Of a stretch of 64,000 bases of DNA, positions 12,650 through 23,823 are shown piece after piece. Location of the stretch: assembly GCA_050084985.1 (NCBI GenBank), contig JBITNC010000001.1:27838001-27902000 (forward strand), given 5' to 3'. The notes beneath the pieces were generated by a model, which was given only the letters and a program-made list of their open reading frames with translations, did no database searches and was not told where the DNA came from. The position numbers and the translations under genes were made by a program. Numbering within the stretch: the stretch's first letter is position 1; the number at the start of each line of letters is the position of its first letter. This DNA is from Nageia nagi. Its lineage: Eukaryota; Plantae; Pinophyta.

Positions 12650-15600
12650 ATGGTTGAAACCTTCGTTCCCAAGCACATACTCGATGGTTCCAACTTTGGA
12701 ATATGGGAACCACGTATGAAAGCTGAGTTACAAGCAAGAAAGCTGTGGCAGACAGTTAGTGAAGATGCGGTTGCTCCTACCGATGAGAAGGCTCTTGAAG
12801 TATACAACTCAAAGAATGAGTTAGCAACTTCTATGATTTACCGTGCAGTTTCAGATGATGTCCTTCTCATGATTTCTTCATCAACTTCAGCAAAGGAAGC
12901 TTGGGATAGGTTAAAGAAAATCTACCTTGGGTCCAAATTTTCAAGAAGGTTTACCATTCTACAAAAGTTGTTGCAGTATCGACAAAGTGAAGATGAAAGT
13001 GCCTCCATCTACTTAAACAAAATCATTGACCTCAGGACACAACTGGTTGGTTGTGGATGCAACTGGATCAATGATGAGTTCATGGTCTTCATCATTCTAC
13101 AAAGCCTTACTACAAAGTTCAGCAACTTTGTCATAGTTATGGAAACAAGGCTCGATGATGAAGAAGATGTCATCTCACTTGATAACCTTTCAAGACTTCT
13201 TCTAAAGCATGAGGAAACTTTGAACAAGAAAATGTTGAACCTTTCTCCAAAGGACCATAGCATTACTCTAGGAGTAATCAAAACTCCTTTCAAGAAAAAG
13301 TTCAAACATTACAAATTCAAAGACAACAAGTCCTCATCTACCTTCAGGAAGTATGACAAAAAGGGCAACAACAACAACAAAAACAATCATGGCAACTACA
13401 GGCACAGAAATGATAAAGCAGGATCCAGCAATCCAACACCTCAGGAAAAGTTTGATGGGAATTGTAACTTCTGTGACATCTTTGGGCACAAAGAGTATGA
13501 TTGTCGCAAAAAGAAATTTGCTCAAAAAGGAAAAGGAAATGCAAATGTGAGAAATTTCAATAATAAAAAGAAGAACAAGCATGCTGCTTCTGTTGCCTAC
13601 TATTCAATGACTCAAACTATTTCAAATGATTGGATTGTTGATACAGGATGCACTAATCACATGTGTTATGAAAAAGATAAGTTTGAAAATTTTCATAAGT
13701 ACAAAAAGGATGCAGTTGTGATAGGTGATAATACAGTCCTTGATGTTCACGGAATAGGAAGTGTGAAGATTCATGGAAAGACTCTTGACAATGTCTTTTA
13801 TGTGCCTAAACTAAGGATGAATCTCATCTCCGTGATTCAAATTACAAGGAAAGGATGCTCATTTGAGTTTACCTCACACTCTTGGTGTGTTAAGAAAGGA
13901 CTTGCCACTTTGATGAAAGGATCAGTAAAGAATGACCTTTATATTGTGGATCAAGTACCTTCAAAGATTTGTCTTGCTACAAATGTTTGTTCAAAAGGTA
14001 ATCTTTAGCATCAACGATTAGGACACCTTAACCACAAGAGTATTCAAGATATGAAAACTCAAGAACTTGTGGAAGGTTTACCTAATATTTCACCCACAGT
14101 TGGTCTTTGTGAAAGGTGCATTCTAGGAAAGATGCATAGGCAAAAGTTTGAAAAAGATAAGGCAACTCGGGCTACTTGTCCTCTTCAACTTGTGCATTCA
14201 GATTTGATGGGTCCTTTTCAGACTAAGTCACTAGGTGGAGCTTCTTATGTTCTGACCTTCATTGATGACTTCAGTAGGATGGCATTTGGTTATCTACTTG
14301 AGCACAAGGATCAAACTTTTGACAGGTTTCAAGACTTCAAGGCACTTGTTGAAAATCAAACTGATTTTAAGATCAAAATGTTGAGATCTGACAATGGGGG
14401 TGAATATAATAGCAATGAGTTTAACGACTTTTGTGTTAAACACGGGATTAAGCGACAATTCACAATCCCTTACACCCCTCAGCAAAATGGAGTTGCTGAA
14501 AGGAAGAATCGCACCATTATGGAAATGGCAAGATGCATGTTGGGTAACCTTCCTAGTTTCTTATGGGGCGAAGCTGTACACACTGCTATTCACACCCTAA
14601 ATAGGTGTCCTACTAAGGCAGTTGAAGGTAAAACTCCATATGAAGCATGGACAGGAAAGAAACCTAACCTCTCACACTTCAGGGTCTTCGGTTGTGATGC
14701 ATTTGCCTTCATTACCTCAGAGAAAAGAAAGAAGCTAGATAAACGATCAGAAAAATGCATCTTTATGGGGTCTGATAATCAGCATAGAGGTTACAGGCTC
14801 TACTCTTCATCCCATAAAATAGTCTTTGTGTCTAGGGATGTTAAGTTCAATGAACTTTCTGAGGATACCACCTCTCATGCTGAAGTATCTGATACAGATG
14901 ATTCTTCGCCTGCACCTAACTGGTTGGATGAGCATGTAGAGAAGTCACCACAAGAGCAAAATTCTCCAGCACAGAGAATTACAAGAAGTATGACCTTGAA
15001 TAAATCCTTATTTGCCAAAATTGATAATATGCATGAGCCATCCACCTTCAAAGAAGCTTCCAAGCAAGAGTGTTGGATGGAAGCTATGAAAGTTGAGTAT
15101 GAGGCTCTCATGAAAAATGAAACTTGGGATTTGGTTCCTTATCCCAATGAGAAAAATGTGATTGGCAATAAATGGATATACAAGGTCAAGTACAATTCTG
15201 ATGGAAAAATTGAAAAATACAAGGCAAGATTAGTGGCCAAAGGATTCGCTCAGAAATATGGTATTGATTATGAGGAAACCTTTGCTCCTGTAGCCAAGAT
15301 GCCTACTGTCAGAATAATTCTTGCTCTTTCTGCTAGCTCAAGGATGGAAAGCTTTTCAACTTGATGTCAAAAGTGCATTTCTCAATGGTGACTTAGATGT
15401 TGAAATCTACATGAATCAACCAGAAGGATTTATTCTCAGCAGGAAAAGAGTCTCTTGTGTGTAAGCTAAAGAAATCTTTGTATGGACTTAAGCAAGCACC
15501 TAGAGCATGGTACAAGAAAATTTCAGGATTCTTTGCAGATATTGGTTTTTCCAAGTGCTTCTTAGATTCAGATCTATATGTACTCAATCAAGGACAAGAC

Positions 15601-16582
15601 GTGGTCATAATACTCCTTTATGTGGATGATCTTCTCATAACAGGCAATAATATTACAATCATCCAAGAGTGCATCTCCAAACTCAAGGCAACATTTGAAA
15701 TGACTGATCTAGGTCTATTGCATTACTATCTTGGGATGCAAGTATACCAACATAAAGATTGTACTTATCTTAGTCAATCTAAGTATATATCAGACATCTT
15801 GCAAAAGTTTGGAATGGAGGAGTGTAAATATGCTGCAATACCTGTTTCTCCTGGAATCGTTGTCTCACTGAGCTCAGATTCTCAATTGGCTGATGCTACA
15901 GCTTATAGAAATTGATTGGTAGTCTTCTGTATCTGACTATCTCTCGTCCTGATATTGCCTTTGCAGTAAATCTGATGGCATGATTCATGCAAAAACCATA
16001 TGTTGAACACCTCAATGCTGTTAAGCAAATCTTGAGGTATGTCGCAGGGACAAAGGATCTTGCTCTTAAGTATTCCAAAGTGCCCTCGATTGTTCTCTCA
16101 GGGTTCTCAGATTCTGATTATGGGGGAGATAGAGATGATAGAAAATCAACCTCTGCATATGTGTTTAGCATTGGTTCAGGTGCTATCTCTTGGGCTTCCA
16201 AGAAGCAACCTACTGTGATTCTTTCTACCACCGAAGCGAATATCGAGCCATGTTTGTTGCCGCCCAAGAAGCTATTTGGCTAAGACATCTTCTGAATGAA
16301 ATTGGGTATCAGCAAAATGGCCCATCTCTTATTTCGTCAGATAATCAATCGGCTATCTCTTTGGCTAAGAATCCTGTGTTCCATCAGCGAACCAAACATG
16401 TAGAAATCCAAGCTCATTTTATCAGGGAGAAGGTTCTAGATGACATCATACACTTGCAGTATTGTCCATCTACTGACAACTCCACTGATTTATTCACCAA
16501 GCCCCTTCCTGAAGCTCAGTTCTGCAAGCTTAGGGATTCTCTAGGGTTGGTGAAGTTGCCCTCAAGGGGGAGTGAAGTTTAA
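12650..16582 (+). pseudogene. Copia gag-pol polyprotein with 2 premature stops and ~4 frameshifts
   Basis: Gag start LDGSNFGIWEPRMKA, Zn knuckle CNFCDIFGHKEYDC, protease WIVDTGCTNHM, L*HQRLGH, integrase LVHSDLMGP/LRSDNGGEY/QQNGVAER, RT KARLVAKGF/LLYVDD, RNase H DNQSAI/TKHVEI. Lesions at 14006, ~15335, ~15435, ~15910, 15981 and ~16238. Confidence 0.95.
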
Positions 16583-16641
16583 ACTTTTGTTAGTGATGAC
16601 AACTTCACCTCTAAGAGGCCTTTTTTGATTGTACATTCTAG

Positions 16642-16922
16642 ACCTCCGTGGTAAGTTTGCTCTGTGTGACAAACTTGTTGTACAATTATTGTTATAGAGT
16701 GTTGATTATTTTATACCTCAGTGGTAAGTTTGCTCTGCGTGACAAACTTGTTGTACATTTTATACCTCCGTGGTGAGTTTGCTCTGCGTGAGAAACTTAT
16801 TGTACAAATTTTGAGCATGTAATTTAATATACCTCCGTGGTAAGTTCGCTCTGCGTGACGAACTTGTTGTACATTCTATACCTCCGTGGTGAGTTTGCTC
16901 TGCGTGAGAAACTCGTTGTACA
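16642..16922 (+). repeat. Array of five 43-nt stem-loop units in copia 3' UTR
   Basis: acctccgtggtaagtttgctctgcgtgacaaacttgttgtaca at 16642, 16715, 16764, 16831 and 16880; spacers of 30, 6, 24 and 6 nt. Confidence 0.92.
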
Positions 16923-17403
16923 ATTTTTATGCTCTATTTTTAAAATCAACACATGTCTATATACAACAGGTGACTATGAGTAATGGCTTGGCATCTCCGT
17001 GATGGCTTATAGTGCACCATTGATCAGTTATTTATAACATGGCATTATTTAATTCTCTTATTTGAATATATGATGCATCTAACTGATTTTGTTCATGAGT
17101 TGCTTGTAGCATGCAGGATCTTCTTCAGAAAATGCAGGTTACTCACCTTGTGAAAGCAAACTCATGGAGACTCACATGTCAGCTTAAAGTTGATCGACTA
17201 CTATGTACAATGAAACCAGTTGTGGTTAATGATTGTATTGTAAACCATTTTTTGTCAAATGGTAATGTAGTGAGTCTCATACTAGTTCTCAAAAAGATTC
17301 TCAAAATATGTAAAAGTTCTCATCTCCACTTGTATCTCTATGGAGGAGAACTCTCTCTTACTCTCTCTCTTCTCTCTTCTACACTCTATCCCAATATTGC
17401 ATT

Positions 17404-17412
17404 AAGGGGGAG
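17404..17412 (+). promoter_or_regulatory. Polypurine tract
   Basis: AAGGGGGAG immediately before the TG of the 3' LTR. Confidence 0.9.
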
Positions 17413-17901
17413 TGTTAGAATTTGTAATGAAATATTATGAATATCTAAACTCCTTGTAAATTCAATTAATCACTTAAGGGTATGTAGATCCCTTAAGAGA
17501 TTAATAGAATTCTTTAATATGTAGACTTTGACTTTACCAAAGGAGTTAGTTGGTAGGTTGAAGTTTGGTGGTACATTTAATGTAACCCTAACCTTACCCT
17601 TGGGTTAAAGGAAGGTTAGGGAGGTGCTCTCAACCTATAAATAGAGGGCCTCTCCTCATGTAAATATATCTAAGTTTTGAGTAAGATTACTCTACTTGGT
17701 TGTGTAGGAGAGAGCTAGAGAATAGTTGTAAGAGAGACATAGATTTGAGAATAAGAGAACTAGTTGTGGATGTACTCCCAAGGAGGGAGGAACCACATTA
17801 TATTGATGTGTTATCTTGAGTGATTGTGTTATCTTGTGTACACTTGAGTTTCCTAGTCTAAGGTCCTAGAGGATTTGTTTAGATCTAGTTCAAATCCTTC
17901 A
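17413..17901 (+). repeat. 3' LTR of copia element
   Basis: Near-identical to 9101-9589 and followed by TSD CACAT. Confidence 0.97.
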
Positions 17902-18504
17902 CACATCACTCCTAATAACCCTTTAGTGTTGAGGTAATGACATTTAAACATTTGAATATGATGACATATCAATCCAATCCTCTAACACTAAAATAGTAGC
18001 ATATGAACATCTAAATATGATGACATATCAATCCTCCCATACCTTGACATAATGAATACTATACCAATAGTATCAAATAATAAAATTACAAGATCCTAAA
18101 CTATGAATATAAATGATCATATTATTCAAAATAAAGTCAAAACTAGAAAAATCCCTAATTTCATTATTATAAAAAAATACAAAGGCCCCAAAATATTTCC
18201 AATGGCTTTTTAAACATTCAATGTTTACAAAAAACTTAAAGGTTCTAATTTAGAATTTATGGAAAATGGTTCAAATAGGAAAAATGTAATTAGCTTTTTG
18301 TGATTTAATGGGAATGCCTGTAATTATTCCTTTAAATGCATAACTTTTTTTGAAAGCTCACTATACCTATGGGAGGAAAATTCAAATGCTTTTCATCATT
18401 ATTGAAGTACATGCATAATATTTAGGAAGGCTATAGAGGGCATTGTTCCCTCAAACATAATAGCTTCCAGTCCTTCCAACACCTCCACTTCGATTAGAAT
18501 TAAT

Positions 18505-19410
18505 GGTACACCCACATTTTGGGCTATTTGTTCCTATTGCAAAAAGATGCAAGAGTGTCATGTGTCCCAAGAAAGATAGACCATATAAAATTTAGAAAGC
18601 ATGCTACAAACAAGGCTCAAAAGGAGACTAAAACGATGAATACAAAGTCTAGAAAGAGGAAGAAGCTAGATTTTTTTCCTTTCAAGGAGGACACTTCTGT
18701 AAAAATTGTTGATCCACTTTCTAAGTTTCTATAGATGTGATGGAAGTAGATTTTTATAATTTTGACCAAGATAGAATGGAGAATTGCTTAAAGGAAAACT
18801 AAATCTAGGTTGTATATGATGAAGATGATGGAATGCCTCCTTATTATGCTATTATTAATAAAGTTGTATCATTGCATCCCTTCAATGTGCAAATGAGCTA
18901 GTTAGACATAAAATACCATCATGGTAAGAATTTAATCAAGTGGGTAAAAGTTGGATTCTGGAGGGCTTTTGGAGGATTCGAGGTTGGAAGGGAAATGAGC
19001 ATCAAATTTCTCAATGTATCTTCTTATGTTATGAATGGGGAGAAAGTTGAAGTTGGTCTTATGGAAATATTTCTTAAGAAAGGTTATTTTTGGGCTCTTT
19101 AAAGAGAATGGCAATCTAATTGGGATGTAAATACCCTAAAGGAAGTTAGACATAAGTGCAAGATTGTAGAGGTCATTACTAATTTTAAAGAAGCATGTGG
19201 AGGGACTATGGTTCCTCTTATTGAGCTTAATAGTTTCAATATTGTGTACAAAAAAAAAAATAGATAGGAGCTCATGTAGTCAGATGGATCATAAAGATAA
19301 ATTTTCTTGGGCTCTCCCTTCAAATTCCTACTTGGAGACTGTTATGTAATGATACTAGATAATTTTCTAAATATTGCTAGGATTTGGACCCCACAACAAC
19401 TCCAACAATG
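18505..19410 (+). pseudogene. DnaJ-associated DUF3444-domain gene fragment (pseudogene)
   Basis: TPTFWAICSYCK; DFYNFDQDRMENCLKEN*I*VVYDEDDGMPPYYAIINKVVSLHPFNVQMS*LD; later FWAL*REW, KIVEVITNF and DLDPTTTP, matching DUF3444 motifs (QIWAIYDEDDGMPR.Y; WELDPA). Confidence 0.85.
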
Positions 19411-19754
19411 AATTAACCCACATACAAAGTCAAAATAATGGTGAACTAAGTGCTCTCCATGTTTAAAATTAATGTATGAAATTTTTATGTTTGGATTCTA
19501 TTTTTGTGGCTATACACCAAATCCTCAAAAATATGTAAAGTGAGAATCCTTGCAATAATACAATAGTAGAAGGTGATAACAAGCAACAAATTTTGTGCAC
19601 CATGGATAGATCTATAGCTTTATCTCATCAATATTTTGATGCACGTAAGATAATGCTCTTTATTCCCCCATACTCTATTATGTTTTAATCCAGCCTTAGG
19701 AGATTGATAACTTTCATGGACCCACCCCCTCATAAATGTTAAATTGATGCAAAA

Positions 19755-20345
19755 ACCCTTAACCCCTATTCCCTAACCCTATTCATAACTCTATTAGTAC
19801 ATATTATTATATTTATATTAATATTTTATTATCTTATTTTATTTATATTAGTATATATTCATATTTTATTATCTTATTTTATTATATTATCTAACCCCTA
19901 ATCCCTTACCCTTACCATTAATCTTAACACTAACCACAAACCCCTAACCATAACACTAACCATTAACCCTTAAGTACCCTTACCCTTACCCCTAATCTTC
20001 ATAGTAACTACTAACCCCTAATCCCTTACCCTTGCCGTTAAGCTTAACACTAACCACTAACCCTTAAGTACCCTAATCCTTACCCCTAACCTTAACCTTG
20101 ATCACTAACACTTAAGTACCCTAACCCTTACCCCAAACTCTAACACATGACCCCTATCCCTAACCTTAACCTTAACCACTACTAACCTTAACCTTAACAC
20201 TAAGCCTATTAAGGTATTATTTAATATTAATACCTAATTTTAATATAATTTATTTATATTATATTATTAATATTTAATTTTATTTTATTAATACCTAACC
20301 CCTAACTCTAACCACTAACCCTAACCTTAACACTATCCCTATTAA
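19755..20345. repeat. Degenerate telomere-like (CCCTAA/CCTTAA/CACTAA) low-complexity tract
   Basis: Dense aaccctaa/aaccttaa/aacactaa variants interleaved with AT-only blocks. Confidence 0.75.
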
Positions 20346-22049
20346 GGTATTATTTATATTAATACCTAATTTTAATATTATTTATTTATTTTATATTATT
20401 TAATTTTTTTTGAAATACTCAAAATCCTATGTAATTTAGACACAAAAAAGGAATTTTGCATCGAAATCGACTAGCAACTCAAAATAAAAAAATGTAAACA
20501 CTTGTCATTTTCATCATAGATATTTATAGGTTAGAGGGAGTTTAAAACTCTGTTTCAAGAGGGAGAGAACCAATTAAGTGTTCTTCTACCTCATTTAACT
20601 TCAATTTAGCTAATTTAACTCAATTTCTTGGTGGTATTTTTTTATTTTTTAGCATGTTTTCAATTTTTACTCATAGGATTTTCCATTTTCTTGTAGGATA
20701 GAGGGTTTCTACCTCACTTCTTCTTCATTATTTCACATTTGCATAGAGGTAAGTACATTGCTACTTGTATTATTCAATTTCTCATGATTTTGCACTTAAT
20801 TTGCTAAGTTTTTTCAATTTTGTGGGGTTTTCAAATATTGAAGTTAAAAAATCTAAAAAGGTTTGAAAATTAGGGAAGCAACCATGTTTTAAAATGAATT
20901 TACAAACATTCACCCATGAAATTAACACCATGCACATCTAAAAGGATTTGAAAATGAATTTACAAGGGTTTTAAAACAAATTTGTAACCATACACCCATG
21001 AAATTGCAATAGGACATCCCTATGAAATTCCCAAAAATTAGTAAATGAATTTCCAACTATGCACCCATGAAATGGATGCAATAAAAAAAATTAAAAAAAA
21101 GGTACCCTATATTTTTTATCACGACTATGAAACCTCACTTGCTTTTTTTTTCTCCAAACCTTGCTTCTTTTACTCATAATTCAGTTTGTAACTATGCAAG
21201 TATTGCACTAAAAAGAAATTATAACTTAACTAGAATATTATAAATTGGTATTTTTAGTGAAAGATGATAAAAAATGAAAGTAATAGGATAATAAATTGCA
21301 AATAATAAATACTTATTGGTAAATAGTAAATGAAAATATAATGGATATGATAAACTGTACTTAGTGTAGTTAATGAAAATATAATGGATATGGTAAATTA
21401 TACTTAGTGTAGTAAGAGTGTAATATTAAAAAAAAAAAAATTGTAATATATGCATACACTCTTATGTTCAAGTAAAAAATTAATAATAGGTGTGTTTACC
21501 ATGGTTGTGAAGTTGGGCTTACATGGGTTAGTGCTCCCTAGATTAATACACAATTTTAACAAATTGATCAAATTTTAACAAAATACAAAGATATATGAGT
21601 GTGTATTTAAAGATGATATCAATAACATAGATTTTTAGTATAGACATATTAAATTCTACAATGTAGAAGTGAGGACTATATACTCAACTAAACTAGTATC
21701 ATATAGTATATGTATATTTCCAACTTCTAGGTTAGAATATTTACAAATATAATCCTTTAAGAAATATGATGTTTCATCTTGTTAAAAAGTAATACATTAG
21801 TTTTACATTTGTAGGTTTTCCCCATGAAGAGGCTTATAATATTTATTATTATGTATTAGAAGTTACTGTTTATTTTTCTTATTTTCTTTCAATTTAATTC
21901 ATTGCAATCATGATGATTGATTATTTTCATATATGTATTATTATTTTCTTGATTAGATATTATTTGAAACTACAAAAATTCTATAGTTAGATAGGTATTT
22001 TATTGCCTAGATACATTTTGTAAGGTCTATATCTTTAGTATCTAATGGA

Positions 22050-22700
22050 TTAAGACGTTATTCTATGGATAGTCTTCTTAGCCAACTCTTGCATTGATTT
22101 TTCATTTTCAATGGTAATGGATTCAACCAAATCTTCAAATTCCCATGTATATCCTTTACCTTTCAAAGCTCCCCTACAAAGTTATGGAAATACATAATCT
22201 CTAAGATTGAAAATAAACTTTCTTATTGGGTATGCATGAAGAAACTCTCATTATATAAAAACTTTCAAATATCCTCCATAGTCCTAATTTCCACTCATGT
22301 ATACTACTCTTTTTAGTTATTGTCATCTTAGCCTTGCTATGAAAACTGGAAAATTTTAGGGGATTTCATGTGGCTCAACTCTCCCACCTTTTAATTCCAT
22401 ATAGTAGCTTGGAAATTTTGTTCTATTCCTAAAAATTTAGGAGTCCTTAGGCTTATCGATTATCATTGACAAGGGATGCTAATTTATGTCAAATAGATTA
22501 ATTATACTTTAAAAGATGAAGAGGTATGGAAGATTTTGGTTTGACATTACACGATATCTTATTCTCCTCATGGATTAAGTGTATATAGGTGAGTGATGAA
22601 CTTGCCCATCCTCTTAGTGGCTCCTATCCCCATTGATACCTTTGTTATGCAAAGCATATAGAAAGCCTAAGAGGCTATCAAAATATGTAAAATAGAATGG
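22050..22700 (+). mobile_element. Old L1-type LINE fragment (post-RT region)
   Basis: VAWKFCSIPKNLGVLRLID near 22405-22460 resembles the L1 motif VAW..VC.PK..GGLG. Confidence 0.55.
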
Positions 22701-23823
22701 GTTTTTTTTATTAATTCATGTTGTCTTTAGTGGTCCTTAGTCATCACTATTAAGGGATCCTTATTAGTGAAGAATTCATAATTTTATGCCTAACTTTTTT
22801 AAATGATGCATATACATAGTTTTTTATTTTTATGCCTATTTTTTTAGATTTTCACAATAAAAAATAAGTATGTTATTTTTGTATGCATATTAAGTAGTTC
22901 ATACATTGTTGTGGATATATTATAACAAATTATAGTAAAAGGCATATTAGATAGTGTATTTTTATTCTATAATATTAACTTCAATAATCTTTTGTTTACT
23001 TTCTTATAGTGATCACCATCAACCAATATGGGGCATTAAAAGAAGGGTGATAAAGATCATGATAAGAGAAAGAAAGAAAAAAGGAGTGGAAATAAAGATC
23101 AAGATGACATTACAAAAAAATAAAACAAGCTTGTAAGTATCCATATGTATTATGTAATACCAACATAAGATCTAATAATACTATATATATTTCATTAAAT
23201 AGGACATGTAATCACTTATTTATTTAATTTTTAGAACATGAAAAGGAGTTAAAGGGCATTGTACAAATGTGGAAACATATGTTCACCATTAATGAATTGA
23301 TGAGAACATTTGTTGGTGGGGAGGCTAGAGGACTTGTTGGTGTTAGCACATCATAGAGGCAGGGTGTTGCTTCTGGTAATTATTTGTAATTACTTAATTT
23401 ATTAAAAAGCAAGAAAAATTATTTTAATTTTTATTTTGAAGTATATTATGATGTGATCCATGCTTATATGTAGAGTCGATAAATCAACAGTATAGGTTGA
23501 CGATGACTAAAGGATCCAAAAATATTTAAATTTTTATGATGTTAGATGGAAAGGTCCTTAAAGATGAAAAATGGTAATTGTTTATTTTTAAAAAATATAA
23601 ATTTACATTTTGATTAGAAATATATTAATTTACTAACATGCTTTTGGTTATTTTTTAGGTTCACTTTTTTACAAGGCACTAAAGAATGCTACAATACTAG
23701 AATTTGAAAAAAACACTTGACAAGCCAGGGAAAAAGCAAGATGATTTTGGTATGCATGTTTTTATTATTATTTATGTAATATTTTGATATGTATGTGTTG
23801 TTCTCATACAACACACCCTACAA

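Larger units (their letters stand above)
9101..17901 (+). mobile_element. Full-length Ty1/copia LTR retrotransposon, recent insertion
   Basis: Paired 489-bp TG...CA LTRs, TSD CACAT (9096-9100 and 17902-17906), PBS, PPT, and gag-PR-IN-RT-RH domain order. Confidence 0.97.

Noticed and set aside
16642-16922. CRISPR-like appearance (palindromic repeats with spacers)
   Set aside because: Eukaryotic retrotransposon context, no cas genes, spacers are irregular (6-30 nt) and AT-rich, and two of them are near-identical.
19755-20345. True telomere or chromosome-fusion scar
   Set aside because: Repeats are highly degenerate, in one orientation only, and embedded in TE sequence.
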